Part shown: in pieces, positions 15,005-27,711 of the stretch
How the letters are laid out: every line of letters begins with the position of its first letter
Position numbering within the stretch: position 1 is the stretch's first letter
Source of the DNA: Pocillopora damicornis
Taxonomy: Eukaryota
Assembly (NCBI RefSeq): GCF_003704095.1
Contig: NW_020846086.1
Coordinates: 124,001-188,000 of the forward strand
Length of the DNA stretch: 64,000 nt
Direction: 5' to 3'
Made by a program: the position numbers and the translations under genes
Notes under the pieces: model-generated
Told to the model about the DNA's origin: nothing
Database searches by the model: none
The model's input: the letters and a program-made list of their open reading frames with translations, nothing else

Positions 15005-16399
15005 AGCGAGTAATTACGGCGGCCAAAGCCGCACATTTAAGCACAAAGGCTAAACATGGCGGTCAAATATTTTGAAAAGCAATCGCCTTTCACGGGGTTC
15101 TCATGTGAAAGCGTTCACAGATATCACATGAAATCCCCGTGGATTTTGTTCTTTTAATTGAAAAACGAAAATTAAGTTGTACCTTACCCTTCTTTACTTC
15201 GGTCAGTCTCAAAATCTCGAGCGAATCTCACATTCTCGGCTGTAATGTGATCACGCATTCGATAATGGACCGAAACTGAGTACGTATTTTCGAGAAAAAA
15301 ACAATCTCGCCCGCTCAGTCGCTGCAGGCCCCCCCACCTCCCCCACTAATTCATATATTTGTCAACTTACATGTCACGCAACAATTGTGAACTGCTAACT
15401 CAGGCGGAGAGGACGAAGAGCGCTTCATAACACAGCAGGGTCAATAAAGGCTCAGCACTGACATTCAGTACCACAACCGCGCCCCAAAAGATAAAAGGAT
15501 AGCCCCTTCATATCTGTCTGCGTTTTAAGAAATATTCGTCGGACTGGAGAAATAAACACTCAGTAAAAAGCAGGAGCAAAAGCCTATCATCGACTTTGAA
15601 GGAAAAGGATTGGCTATTATAGTGATGAATTATGCAAGACTTGCGTGATTTTATGTGACGCTGTCTCAGATAGTTCGATTATAACATAGTAGCAAATTTC
15701 TTTGAAGTGTGTTATTCGTGTATTTCACCGCGACTGTCATTTCCTTAGAGCACTCATAGTGAATTTTTACAAAATAAGTGTCGTAAGTGACAGATCTAAC
15801 CTATCAGGTTACAATACTATTTAAATGCGGGTTGAAAAACAAATGTTTGTTATCTCACGTCTTCATTTTCGAATATCGATCTGGAAAAAATTAAAAAGTT
15901 AACTTGCGGATTATTTTCTTATTTCAACTTGGGAGAGCGTACCTTTCGTTTGCGTGTTTTCCATGTTTTAAAAGCACCTGCTGTCATTTTCGCCATTAAC
16001 TCTAAATCCAGGAAACATCGAAATAGTATAATTTTACGTATTCTATTTGCGATTATTTTTTAATGTGGTGTAAAAACGCCCAAACAGCTCATTATATTTT
16101 TAAAAGCCGTGTAGACGGGAAGTTGGAAAACGCGACATCATTGGGCAATTGATTATTTCACAAAGGTAGGGAGATCGAAACAACTTAAACGGGTCAAATT
16201 TCAGATGACAGTTAAAATTAAAATAGTAAACTTTAGGCTATATCCTGGTGTACCGGTTAACCAAAATATGTCCTGGTGTGCCGGTTAACGAAACTTGCGT
16301 GACATCGGTCAATCGAATGATAGTGTGACAGCTAGATAATTTGATAAGTAATGAATGCTTTGATAATAAAATGCAATAAAATGCAGGCATTGGTTCATT

Positions 16400-16560
16400 T
16401 TTGGGTTATTTGGGTTATTTGATATGTTTGGATCTTTTGAATCAGTTAGGTCATTCGGGCCAGTTGGGTCATTTGGGTCACTTAGTTCACTTGGGCTTGT
16501 TCACTTGGGCCAGTTGGGTCACTTAGGCCAGTTGCGTCATTTGAACCAGTTGGGTCATCA
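16400..16560. repeat. Degenerate 9/18-bp minisatellite
   Basis: Iterated GGGTCA(T/C)TT and GGCCAGTT units. Confidence 0.75.
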
Positions 16561-17038
16561 GTTATCCATAAACCAGGTGAATTTTAATCGCCGATTTCCC
16601 GCCACAATCACTAAAAGACAAATGCTGACCTTGGCGCCTGTTAGTTCATTCTGGCTTTTCCCGCCATCAAAGAAGCTGCTCACAAAAGTTACATAGTTAG
16701 TTTTTCGATATTCGGTATATCATGGACAGTCAGTATTACTTTTGTTTGTAAAACCTTTAATTACGGACGATGGCAGGTTTAAAACGCTAAGGAGCGAGTC
16801 TATGGGGCCGTGTTTTATGTGGCTGGCTATTTTCTTCGTGGAACCAATAAAATAGAGAGGTGACAATAGGCTCAGACAAGCGAATATGAACAGTTTATAT
16901 TATTTTATCGCAGAAGATTACGGGGAACGGTACTGATAAAAAACCGCAACGATTGGAGTATTGTAGAGGATATATTCCCTTGATGTGCAATAGGATTCCA
17001 GAAAACGTTATCTAACTGTCCTCATCGAAATACTTGAT

Positions 17039-17269
17039 ACCCTAACTCCATGGAGTGACCGAGACAGAATTTCTCCTTACAATATCAATACGATATCAAG
17101 CAGACGAGTGATGAGAATAAAGGGAAAATATCATTTGGGAGTTAATCAGCTGATCCAACACCAAATTCTCTGAACTAACATCATAAGAGTTGTATGGTAG
17201 ACAGTAGAGAGAATCACGGCTAAAGAAATCTTGGGAGAAAAAATGTTAACACTGAGGCGACATGAATGA
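17039..17269. mobile_element. piggyBac-type MITE, subfamily B (eroded ends)
   Basis: GACAGAATTTCTCCTTACAATATCAATAC interior; right end TCTTGGGAGAAAAAATGTTAA. Confidence 0.7.
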
Positions 17270-18021
17270 ACGCAGTTCAATGAGGTTTTAGCACAAGTAG
17301 TTTTAGGTTGTTTTGTTTCATATAAAAGTGGTTTACTTCTAAAAAAAAAGGGTATAGAAATCTGAAAAATGGGCAAGGGTGTTATGAGCATCCCTCACAG
17401 AATCACTCGAATTTCCGAGAACTTTACAACTTCTTGATTGGTTTCAGTTCGATTGCACGCTATTAGGTCAGTATCTCTTTCAGCCTGAACACCAGCACGT
17501 ACGTTCAATTACAGACGTCACATTGAAACTCGTTGTCTTTTCAATGCAGTCTCTAGTACTTCTACATACTCAATAACTATTCAAAAGAAAGCTGATTATC
17601 GACGCTCTCTCCAGCTCCACTAGGCCTGCATACTTTTTTGATAACTGGGAAAAAACGAGCATTACAATTTTTGCACTCTTTTTTAATGAAAGTTGCACTA
17701 CTAGCATAATCAGCATATATCAAGTGTTTTTGTTGGAAACTTTACCAAAGTTAAAAAATTTTCAAGTTCGGTCGACAGTTCAGTCTATTTTCAATTCAGC
17801 ATTGTCTTGGGAAAAGAAGAAGGTTACCGAAATACTGTGTCATTCGTCGTATAGAGGACTGGAAACACCATAAGTACAGAATGCGTTGGTTCCAGTTCCC
17901 GCTTTCACAAGAAAAAAATGGCAGTAGCTGGTTCTGTTTTTCATAACAAGTATCTCACTCAAAATAAAGAAGAAGAGTGTCATGCTCTATTAATTAACAG
18001 TAAATATCTAACTTAGACTGA

Positions 18022-18053
<32 letters not shown>

Positions 18054-18537
18054 CACACCATAGGAGAAAAATAGCATAATTTCCAAAACGAGCATAATTT
18101 TGAGCATGATTTGAAAAAAATCAAGCATAGCTGGTGACATGATAGGGCTTACAGGCAACAGCCAACAGAGCCTGCCTCGCCCCCAAGTAGCTAAGGAGTA
18201 CGGTCAGCGGATAGCGCCATGTGAAAATGCCGGCGCATGTATTCTGTTACTTTTGATCCGGGAGATTCCACCAACAGGCGACTATGGCGGAAAAGTGGTG
18301 CTACGAAGCGAAAAATATTTGCCTTGCCTTGTGAATTTATTTAAGGAGTGTTGAACTAAGCAAAGCAGATAATTAGGATTTCCCTGCCGGGCTCCTTCGT
18401 AGAAAAACTACAAAACGAGCGGACTTAATGTGTACAATTTGTGGAAACAGATGTAAGTTCTAGTGTTCAATCCAGACTAGCTGATTGCTTAAAAGTTGCC
18501 GAGGAAGGTGTGTGTTTGTGTGACTTCATCGTTCAAA

Positions 18538-21500
18538 ATGAGCTCAGCACACGGTGGCAGAAGGAGACCGCTTACAAGGACAACTTCTTCTTCAGAAGAC
18601 CAGGCCTTAAATCAAATTGCTCGTGAGGTAAGGGATAATTTGTTCTTAATCTTTTCAACGTGAATTTTGATTCGTGTCGGGAGACTCACTTACTGGACCA
18701 GAAATTTTAATGCTGACGAAGAACTTATGATTTTTCGCATACTGCCGAGTAATTGAACGCTTTTGTTATGGCTGTTTGGTTCGTTACGGATAAGTTTTCA
18801 AGATTCAGTCTTTCCTGAATTTCTTGGCGTTTCAGTTCACTCGACGTACATTTCGTGTACATGAATGATGTCAATTTCTAGTGACAGTTTTACATTAGTG
18901 GAGCAAGTCACGATTTTCCGGTGGCTGTGGCACTCACTGTTGAACACATCCTAAAAATAGTTTCGAGTCGAAAGTTTATTCTTTTCATTTCAGTTTTGCT
19001 TCTTTGTCTTCGCTAGCGTCGGGTAGTTCCCGAGTTTCATAGCTTTCGATAACCTAGCGTTTATCTCTTGCCTGTGGCGCCGGGGCGTGTTGGTGTTGTT
19101 TATTATTTACGATTGCTACCACTTTGACTTTTTACGGTGGGCGGCCACCCAAACCATTTCCTGTGTAGATTCAGTACGTTCCAACTATTCATGGTTTACG
19201 TTCAGCTGCTTTTTGAATCAAGTAACTTTTTAATCGCTAAAGGTGTTCATTTACCGTTAGTCTTTCATTAGATTTTAACCGTTCTACAAGTGATAAAAAT
19301 CGTCGCACTTCAGTTTACTCCGGTTTTGAAATGACAATCAAAGTCACTGATATTGGAATTAAAACCATTCTGTCGATGGAGCAGTTAACTCTTCAAATTG
19401 CTTGTATTTGGTGATGAATTTGTAGGTTTAGCAAGTTACACTTTCAATTTGAAGCACACAGAATTGTTAATAGACATGTAGACGAATGCATCCTTTTGAA
19501 ACCAGAATAACATGTGTGTGAATGTTTATCTCATGTAAACACAATGCTTTTAAATATATTTTTCTTCATGACAAAAGATAAATGGCAGTGATTAAAGAAA
19601 AAATGAGATAGAAGTCCTTTTAAACCCCTAGTTTAGTCACTTTGCTTGTTGTCAATAGCATTCTTGAAACATTTCCTTTGGTACTGACAGAGAATTTGCC
19701 TTGCAATTGAGAACTTCTCTATTTTGATCATTTCCTTCATTCTGATGACTTAAGCATTGATACTGTAAAGAGAGATTAGATTCCTGTCACTCTTAGGGGT
19801 TGAATGTTTAAGCTGATGTTGTTCTCCTGAAAGTTGACATTATTAGTGCAGTGATGAGAGGGTTCACTTCCCAGCAGTTTGGCCCAGGTTTGGTTCAATA
19901 ACCCACTGTCATGCAGGATTTTCTTGAGGGTAGAAGGCAAATAAGTAATAGTTGGTGGCCAGGTTATCATGAACACCAGGCTGTTTTGTCAGATTATGCA
20001 GAAGTTGAAATGTCAGTTTAAATGTGACCGTGAAAGGCAAAACGGTCAGATGACAAATGGTTTACTAACAGTCCTTGAAGTGTTCAAACGGTTTGCCTAA
20101 CCATTCGAATGGGTGAATAAATTATTTGAACAGTTTAGTCAGCCATTCAAATGGATGAGTATGAACGGACAGGCAAACCATTTGAATGGTTGAATAAAAG
20201 ATTTGAATGGTTTGCTCAGCCATTTGAATAGATGAGTAAAAGTTTTGAACAGACAGACAAACCGTTGGAATGGGTGAATGAATTATTTGAAGAGTTTGAT
20301 TAACCATTCAAATGGTTTGCTTTGCCATTTGAATGGATCAATAAAACGGATAATGTCGAATGAACTAGCAAGCCATTCAAACAGATGAAAATATTATTAA
20401 TCTGTATGATTGGTGGTACAATTGGTTCACCAATCATATAGATTAATAAATTGCTTACAGGATTTGCAAAACCATTCCAAGTGCATGGCTTGATCATGGA
20501 ACGGGCAATGTTGCTGTGTATTGTTTTCATTTAATTTGTCGTTGTTGTCAATTTCAAGGCCTTTATTCTCACAATCAAAAATGGAGATTTTCAATTTCTC
20601 ATCAAAAAAATGTTATCAAAAAAATCAATGCTCTGCTGATAGACCATAAACTGTGGGCCACTATGTACTTGATTTCATTAACTGAAATTACTGAGATATG
20701 AATGCCATACAAATGAGGAAAGTAAAACCAAAACTTGAACGTGTTTTAAAGTTGTTTTGTTAAACAAAGTGTATTTTTTTTCTTTGCAGAAACTACTTAA
20801 CCTTATATTTTTTACATATATTTAGGGCATCGGAAATGCAAGTTAGCAAGTACTTGAATCCTTTGGAAAATTAAGTTTTTCAGTTCTCCATTTATGATTT
20901 TCATTCAAGTAAAAACAAATTTAACAAAACATGTTTTGGTGGTGTGAATAGGGTATAAGTCATGGCTAGAACTGCTTTTGATGTTGCATGATATTGACCT
21001 CACAATAAAAAAAAAATAGTAATGAAGTTAATTTGCCTGGACAGTCAATAATTTGCTAACCTGTTAGATATTAATCTTGCCTTTAATAGCACGCCAAATT
21101 TTCTCTTTTCTTCTGACGACTCCACTGAAAACTTTGCAAATACTAATGCTTTTAAACATTTCAGTTTGTTCCTATCCAATCACTGTTTTCCATGGGTTCC
21201 ATCTGTGTTACTGGTACCCAGCTCTTGTTTTGTGGAAAAGAACTGCAGAAGTTTGAGGGTGCAAAGGTGCCTTTGTTCCTCCACTTTCAACATTGCTCTA
21301 CTTCCTTCACTTTGCTTGGTGAATAGTTCTCACCGTTTTTCTCTGCCAATTAGAGCAATTTCCTTATTCAGTGAAAATTTTCATGACTTAGAAATGACTC
21401 TTTTGCAAGTGCTTGCCTATTTAGTTCCTAACATTTTTAGTTATTGTCTGAAACTGTTTGTCGTCATGGTTTAAAATGATAGCTGAGTTTATTGTTTGTC

Positions 21501-24500
21501 TCACAGCTTAGTCACATAGATGTGGATCGCGACATTTCAACCACTATGCTGAGTATCTGTAGAGAAATGAGTGAAATATTCTCCTTTTGTGCAGATGAAC
21601 AGAACAGACATCAAACTGTTGAACGGATGCTGCAGTTCTCTGAACGGACACCTCTAAGTGGTGAACAGTTGCAAAAACTATTTGAATGGATGCTAATGTA
21701 TTTCAAACAGATATGCAAACTGTTTGAATGGTTTGTCGAACGCTTTGAACAGATTTTTTTTAGGCATTTGAACAGAAAACGAATAGATAAAGAACAGTTT
21801 ACCCATTCAAACAGATAACTGTTGATGTCCATTTTACCTTTCTTGGTCACAAATGTGTCACTTGTTCCTTAAAGTTTCCTTAACTCTTTGAGAAAATTTT
21901 GAACATAGTATTGATGCACATGCTAAAACCTTTTGCTGGTAAACTATATATTCAGTTCCACTCAAAATTGGTTTATTGGCCAGTGCACAAATTTCTTTGA
22001 TGTTATTTGATTTTTTTTGTGATACTGTTGTTAACATACAAAGCACTGAATGAATTACGCCACCATATATTATTGACCTTTGAGACATTTATATACCTCA
22101 GCATAATATTAGATTGTCAACCCATGAGAAATTGGAAATGTCACATTATAATTTAGGTTTTTATGGTTATAAGTATTGGTTTCATCTCTTTAGAATTCTT
22201 TACCAAAGTATATACGATTATGTGAGACCTAAGATTTTTTTAAAAAAACAGTTGAAGATGTATGTTTCTCAACAGGCGCATACCACTCTCTTTATAGTGA
22301 TTAATAGTATTTCAATATTTTGTGCTAGTGTTGAGCTTGTAAATTCTGTATTAGGTCTTTTAAGGGAGCTGCTTAGGTTTACGGACTGTTTGAGATCTGG
22401 TTGCAAACATAGCATGAGCTTTAAAAGTGTCAACATGCAAAACAAACATGGTGGCTTGATATGATTGTATGATTGTTATCTGAAAAGGTGTGTTAAAAAC
22501 AGTTTAACACTATACAGTTTTTTTGTGATGGAATCTAGGGTTTTCAGTGACTGCACCTATAATATTCATAGGTTTATACAGGGCATGAAATTAACTTTTT
22601 TTTCTGATAGCCACTTGGCTCCTAAATTCTGCAAAGTAGTAGCCAATTCAAAAAAAGTTGGTCGCCATTTTCAAAGAAACAAAATCTTTCTTTACGCTGT
22701 CAGCATTCTAGATAGACCCTCCAAAATTAAGTTAGGGAAAAGGACACTAGGATGGATGATATACAATGTTCAGGCTTATCTAAATCCAAGATGGTGTCTA
22801 GTTATCGATCGAGATGCATGTGCTATGTTTTGGAAACAAACTTAACGAGGAAGTTTGCCGCAGATTTATCTTTGCAAATTTTTTTAATTCACTATATCTC
22901 TTGGTAAGGTTATGATGAAACATTCTAGTTGCCAATTTGGCGACTAACTTTCAGGATTTGGTCACCAAAGTGAAAAATGTAGTTGCATTGGCGCCTGTAT
23001 TAGGTGCAATTTCACGCCCTGTTATAGGAAAAGATTACCAAAAGGTGGCAGATTCGAAAGTCTACGCATGCTCAGATACCGATCTTGGCAAAGTTCTTTT
23101 CCATTACGTCATGTTTTGCAACAAAGAAAATAGGGATCTTTTGAGAAAGATTTATCCTTCAATGAAATTTCCTAAGATTTGCTGAACCATCAAACATATT
23201 TGTGCCCTTTCTAGTGCCTGTTGATAAATACAATTCATAGAGGAAGGAAATAGAAAATTGCAAATGGCAAGGAAACTAGCTTGGTAAATCTTATTTTTCT
23301 TGGCTTTTAAATGATCAGCTGGACAATTTTCACAAATTGAAAACTTTTAGAGATTTCACCAATGCAAATTGAAGAAAATCAAAGGCAGAACCAAATTATC
23401 ACTGGCGAGCACCTCCCTTTGTGTAGCCTTAGCTTAATAAAAAAAATCATTTTGATAATATTGACTACAGCAAACAATAGTCTGAACCTTGCTCATTGCC
23501 TTTTGATGGCTTTTAGTGATCTTGAGAAGCAAAAAAATAAAAATTTTCTAGAAAAACATTTCACTGGTGCACATGCCAACATTGAGCAAAATCCCTATGG
23601 AGGAGAGTTTAACAGTCAATAACTTCTTGAGTTCATGATCATTTCCCTCATTTTCATGACCTTAATGGTTAATTTAGGTCTGATATTGTAAGGAGAAATT
23701 AGATGCTTATCACTCTCAGGAATTATAGGTTAAGGATGGCAGACCTATCTGTCTAACAGCTCTTCATGACAGCTCTGGTCATGTTTGTCTGATTGCATTT
23801 TTGGATGTTTTTTTTTTCTTGGTTTCATTATTTGCTGAGTATATGTTTGTAGAAATCATCATTATTTATAGATTGTAGACTATTCATGTTTTGAATTTGA
23901 CTCGTATATTGAGTATTGAATTTGGTTGTGTGTGTGTGTGTTACAGGCAGAGGCACGTCTTGCAGCAAAAAGAGCAGCCAGAGCAGAGGCAAGGAGTATT
24001 CGTCTGAAGGAGCTTGAGCTTGAAAGGCAACAAGAAGAAGGAGGAAATGTTAGTCTTGATTGAAATTTACTTATTATTTAAGTACTTTGCAACTAAACAT
24101 AATAAAACTCTAACCAAAGGTGATAAATTTCAATTAGCATAAAGATTGCTGGAGGTAGATGAAAACCCAACAAAAACACATTCAGTTGACTTGAAGTTGT
24201 AGACATGTAGCTATGGGAATGATAGGAAATTAGATAAAAGATTCCCTCTGTTTCTAAATTTACAGGTTGATGATGATGAACAGGCTTTAAATGAGGAGCC
24301 ACCCATCCCACCTGCAAGAAAGAAGGTACACTGTAGATACACTATTTGTGAGAAAGTGAAGGTTATCAGCCGTAGTAACAAGTAGAACAACATCAGTGCT
24401 CCAAAGGGCAGCCAAGTTATTTTTCTTTTTACAAAAGTGAATCTTCCCAAGAGTTGCTGATACAAATTCACAGCCATTCTTTACTTTAACCTTATCTATG

Positions 24501-27500
24501 AAATTTTCAAATGGCAGTTTGTCAGCCAACATAACTTCAGAAGACCTCCAGGACTCTTGACAAGTCTTTTCTCATAAATTAAAACTGGCTTTGCCACATG
24601 TTCATGCATACGTGGATGTTGGTGAAAGACCACACATACCTCTTATTTTATAAGCTAAGCAGCATAGTTACCTTGTCTGACAATGTCCTTAAAACCTAAT
24701 TGCAAATTGGCAACAAGGTTTCCAAATCAAATTTTTTTAATGAATCACAGGAGGAGGAAGATTTATGAAGAAGCAAATTGAACATGTTGTAAGCTAGATC
24801 TCTGTGATACAATGTAACTGGATTGTTGAAAAAAGTATAATTCACCCTTTTGTTGTCACTATACTATTGTGCTTTACTTAGTCATAGTTTTTAGCTTTAA
24901 TTTCCTCAATTGTTTCCATCTTTGCAAAAGAATCCAGTGGCAAGATCAATTTCTACAGGATCTTCAAGCCTTAGTACTGTTCAAAGAGACCAGAGTATAG
25001 ACATGAATGGGCCATTGGTGCCAGAGAAGGTTTTAAAAAGTCTTCAGGTTTGTGATCATAGTTTTTTTTCTTTTTTTTAATAGAAGAGTGGACATCAGAG
25101 CTGATGATGTCGAGTTGATGTTTTATAGATCAGAATTTCCAATTTCAGTAACTACAATGTAGCTTTCCCTTTTCATCACCTCTAAAAACTTTTTGGTAAA
25201 CACCATGAAAACATTTGACCTTCTGGTAAGTTATCTCAACAATGAACATGAGAGCAGGCCTTGTATTTTTTGAAACACACATGTTTTTATTTAAATGATT
25301 CTGCTTTGATAAAGGGCTAACTCTTGAAATCTCCCCTTTGGAACTCTTTATGGTGGCCAATTTAGGTTATCAACCCAGTTGACAATACTGAATTACCTTG
25401 TTTTATTTAACCCAAGATAACCAGATTTTGGAAATTAAGGGCTCAAAAGTCACAATTAGTTGTAACAAGGGGAATGTATTTCATCACTTCATTTGTTGTG
25501 TTGATATTCAGGAAAACCTGAAAGAAATTGAAGATAAGTACAGAAAGGCAATGGTTTCCAATGCTCAGCTGGACAATGAGAAGCAAGCACTACTGTATCA
25601 AGTGGACTGTCTGAAAGACAGGTACTTATGTATGGTAGAGATTGTTGTGCATGTCCAGGAATAAAGTCAGTGATTGTGTAAACAGGATCAAAAAAGTTCT
25701 TTTTTGATCTACTTAACAATGGTTTTATTTGATATCACATTTTAGACTTGTTGAAGAGGAAGAGATTTCAGGTGAAGTAAAAGCTGAATTCAAAGAAAAA
25801 GCAAAGGTAATTGCAGAGACAAATTAAAAGGCAATTTAGACTTTTAGAGGTCGTTTTCACCAAGTATATATTCAGTAAAAGTTTGCGGAAAAAGGCTCAT
25901 ATGCAGGGTTCAATATTGTGACCAGCTGTTCATCAATGCAACTTAGAATTTGATGTTGGCAATCAGCATTTGATTTCTGGTTGTCAGCAGGCAACCAACT
26001 CGATGTCTTTCAGTGTTCTCTATGTAAATTAGCTCTTTAGAAGGAAACTCTTCAGGTGCTTATACACCCAGCTGGTGTTTGTTGAAGAGCAAGAATGCTC
26101 TACATAAAGAAATGTATCTAAAAGTTGAAGTTTTTGTACTTCCCTGTGAGCTAAAAGATTTCACAATCAAATTTGTTCCATCTGGCAACTGAACCAAAAT
26201 GTTTTGATAGCCCTTTGGCCTCCTGCTAAAAAAGTTAACTTTGTTCTTTGGTTTGATGTTGGCGTTATATTTCTTCTTATCAAACTTTTTAAATTATTCT
26301 TTTTTCAGGTAAAGCTATCTGATGGTTATGAATTCTCTGTTTCCTTTTCAGGAATGCAGTAGATTTGAAAAGACCATAAAAAGCAAGGAAGAAGAAATTC
26401 AACAACTCAAGGAAGCCATTGAGTTTAGAGATAATTTCTTGGCGGTAAGAAGTCTGTAATACATGTATAAGATTGTTTATAAGATTTTAAGACAGTGTGC
26501 TTTCTCTCACGACAAAACATGGCTTTAGCAGAAAAAAAACTAGGATTTGAAACAAATTTTGTTTCTGCAAAAACATATGAACTGTGTTGCATTGTCAACT
26601 TCTCCATGAACTAAGAAATATCCCAGATAGATGTTAAATTGGATGTTATTTAGTTGCCTAAAGTTTGCTGTTCTCTCTGTTTTAATTATAATTTTCCTAG
26701 TAGGCATTACCTTAATCCATTTGACACCTTAAAAGCCGATAATTAGCCAAATGATACCCTTTTTTAAAAAAATTATTTATATTACACTTGCATTCCAATT
26801 TCAAATTATTTTCTCTTGCACCCTTTGCCACAATGCTGTGGCACATGTGCTTGAATCTTTGTAGGGTAAACTAATGATTTGTTGTTGTCCTTTCAGGAGC
26901 GAGGTCTTTCCTTGTACGAAGATCAGGTTCTGAAGGATGGTGAGGATGATGAAACTAGCACAGTTAGTTTAAGGGATGCTCTCAGTTTGGCCGTGCCTGA
27001 TGAAACATCTTCAGGTATGAATTGTTAGACTAGTGCTAGACCTTAAGATAGTGTTGAGTGGTTCCTGCATGACTTTGTCAGACAGACTTTTGCCTCCATC
27101 CTTCTCAGTTTTTCTTGTTTTTAAAGAAAAATTAGGTGTTCCCCTGTTTAGAAAGTTAATTGAAAAATGTTGCACAGTACTGCACAAGACCAATTTATGT
27201 ATGAATGCGGTGAGATCATTGCTGCTGAGTTATACAATGATGAAATCTCACGAAACAGAGTTTCTGAATACATACATGTAATTCAAACATTTATAAGAAC
27301 TAAGGATTCACTTGCTGTCGTTGTTTTTATTTTTCTATCATTTATTCAGATCGAAGCAGTGTATCTGAACCACTAAAGAGTCGTTCAAACAGTCGGCGGC
27401 CATCTTTGTCAGATGAAAAGGATGTTTTAGTTTTACAGGTGCTGAAAGGTTTTTTTNNNNNNNNNNNNNNNNNNNNNNNNNNNNNNNNNNNNNNNNNNNN

Positions 27501-27711
27501 NNNNNNNNNNNNNNNNNNNNNNNNNNNNNNNNNNNNNNNNNNNNNNNNNNNNNNNNGTTGTGGCAAGTTTTCGTTGCTCTTATTCTATTTCTCTCCCTTT
27601 TTATTGCAGCTTCGTAAAGCTCAAGATGAAATAGGCGAATTACAGACCGTTAACGATCACCTTCAGAAGAGATTCGATAAACTAAAGAGCAAAAGAAAAG
27701 ATGACACGTAG
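18538..27711 (+). CDS. LRRFIP2: Leucine-rich repeat flightless-interacting protein (LRRFIP1/2 homolog), about 313 aa
   Basis: Exons 18538-18627, 23947-24048, 24266-24325, 24931-25047, 25512-25621, 25746-25806, 26352-26444, 26897-27014, 27350-27438 and 27610-27711, all GT-AG and in frame. Motifs [65 protein letters not shown] and C-terminal [12 protein letters not shown]. An N gap lies in the last intron. Confidence 0.95.
20040..20385. repeat. Degenerate tandem array of CC(A/G)TT(C/T)(G/A)AA(T/C)GG quasi-palindromes
   Basis: Repeated ccattcgaatgg, ccattcaaatgg and ccatttgaatgg; related array at about 21595-21815. Confidence 0.7.
20730..20956. mobile_element. Second, reversed copy of the 10515 MITE
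   Basis: GGAAATGCAAGTTAGCAAGTACTTGAATCC is the reverse complement of the core at about 10607-10636; ends in GGTGTGAATAGGG. Confidence 0.7.
22579..23021. mobile_element. Non-autonomous DNA transposon with CAGGG termini
   Basis: CAGGGCATGAAATT ... AATTTCACGCCCTG; no clean 8-bp target-site duplication seen. Confidence 0.65.
23300..23592. repeat. Dispersed repeat, copy 1 (LRRFIP intron 1)
   Basis: Aligns by eye to about 30467-30714 (GGCTTTTAAATGATC, GCAAATTGAAGAAAATCAAAGGCA, TCTAGAAAAA..AACATTGAGCAAAA). Confidence 0.75.

Noticed and set aside
16424-16696. 90-aa ORF with GHLGQL repeats
   Set aside because: It is the translation of a 9/18-bp minisatellite with no splice or homology support.
21166-23622. 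Cluster of 76-126-aa ORFs in LRRFIP intron 1
   Set aside because: They overlap repeats and MITEs and show no recognisable motifs or consistent splice structure.
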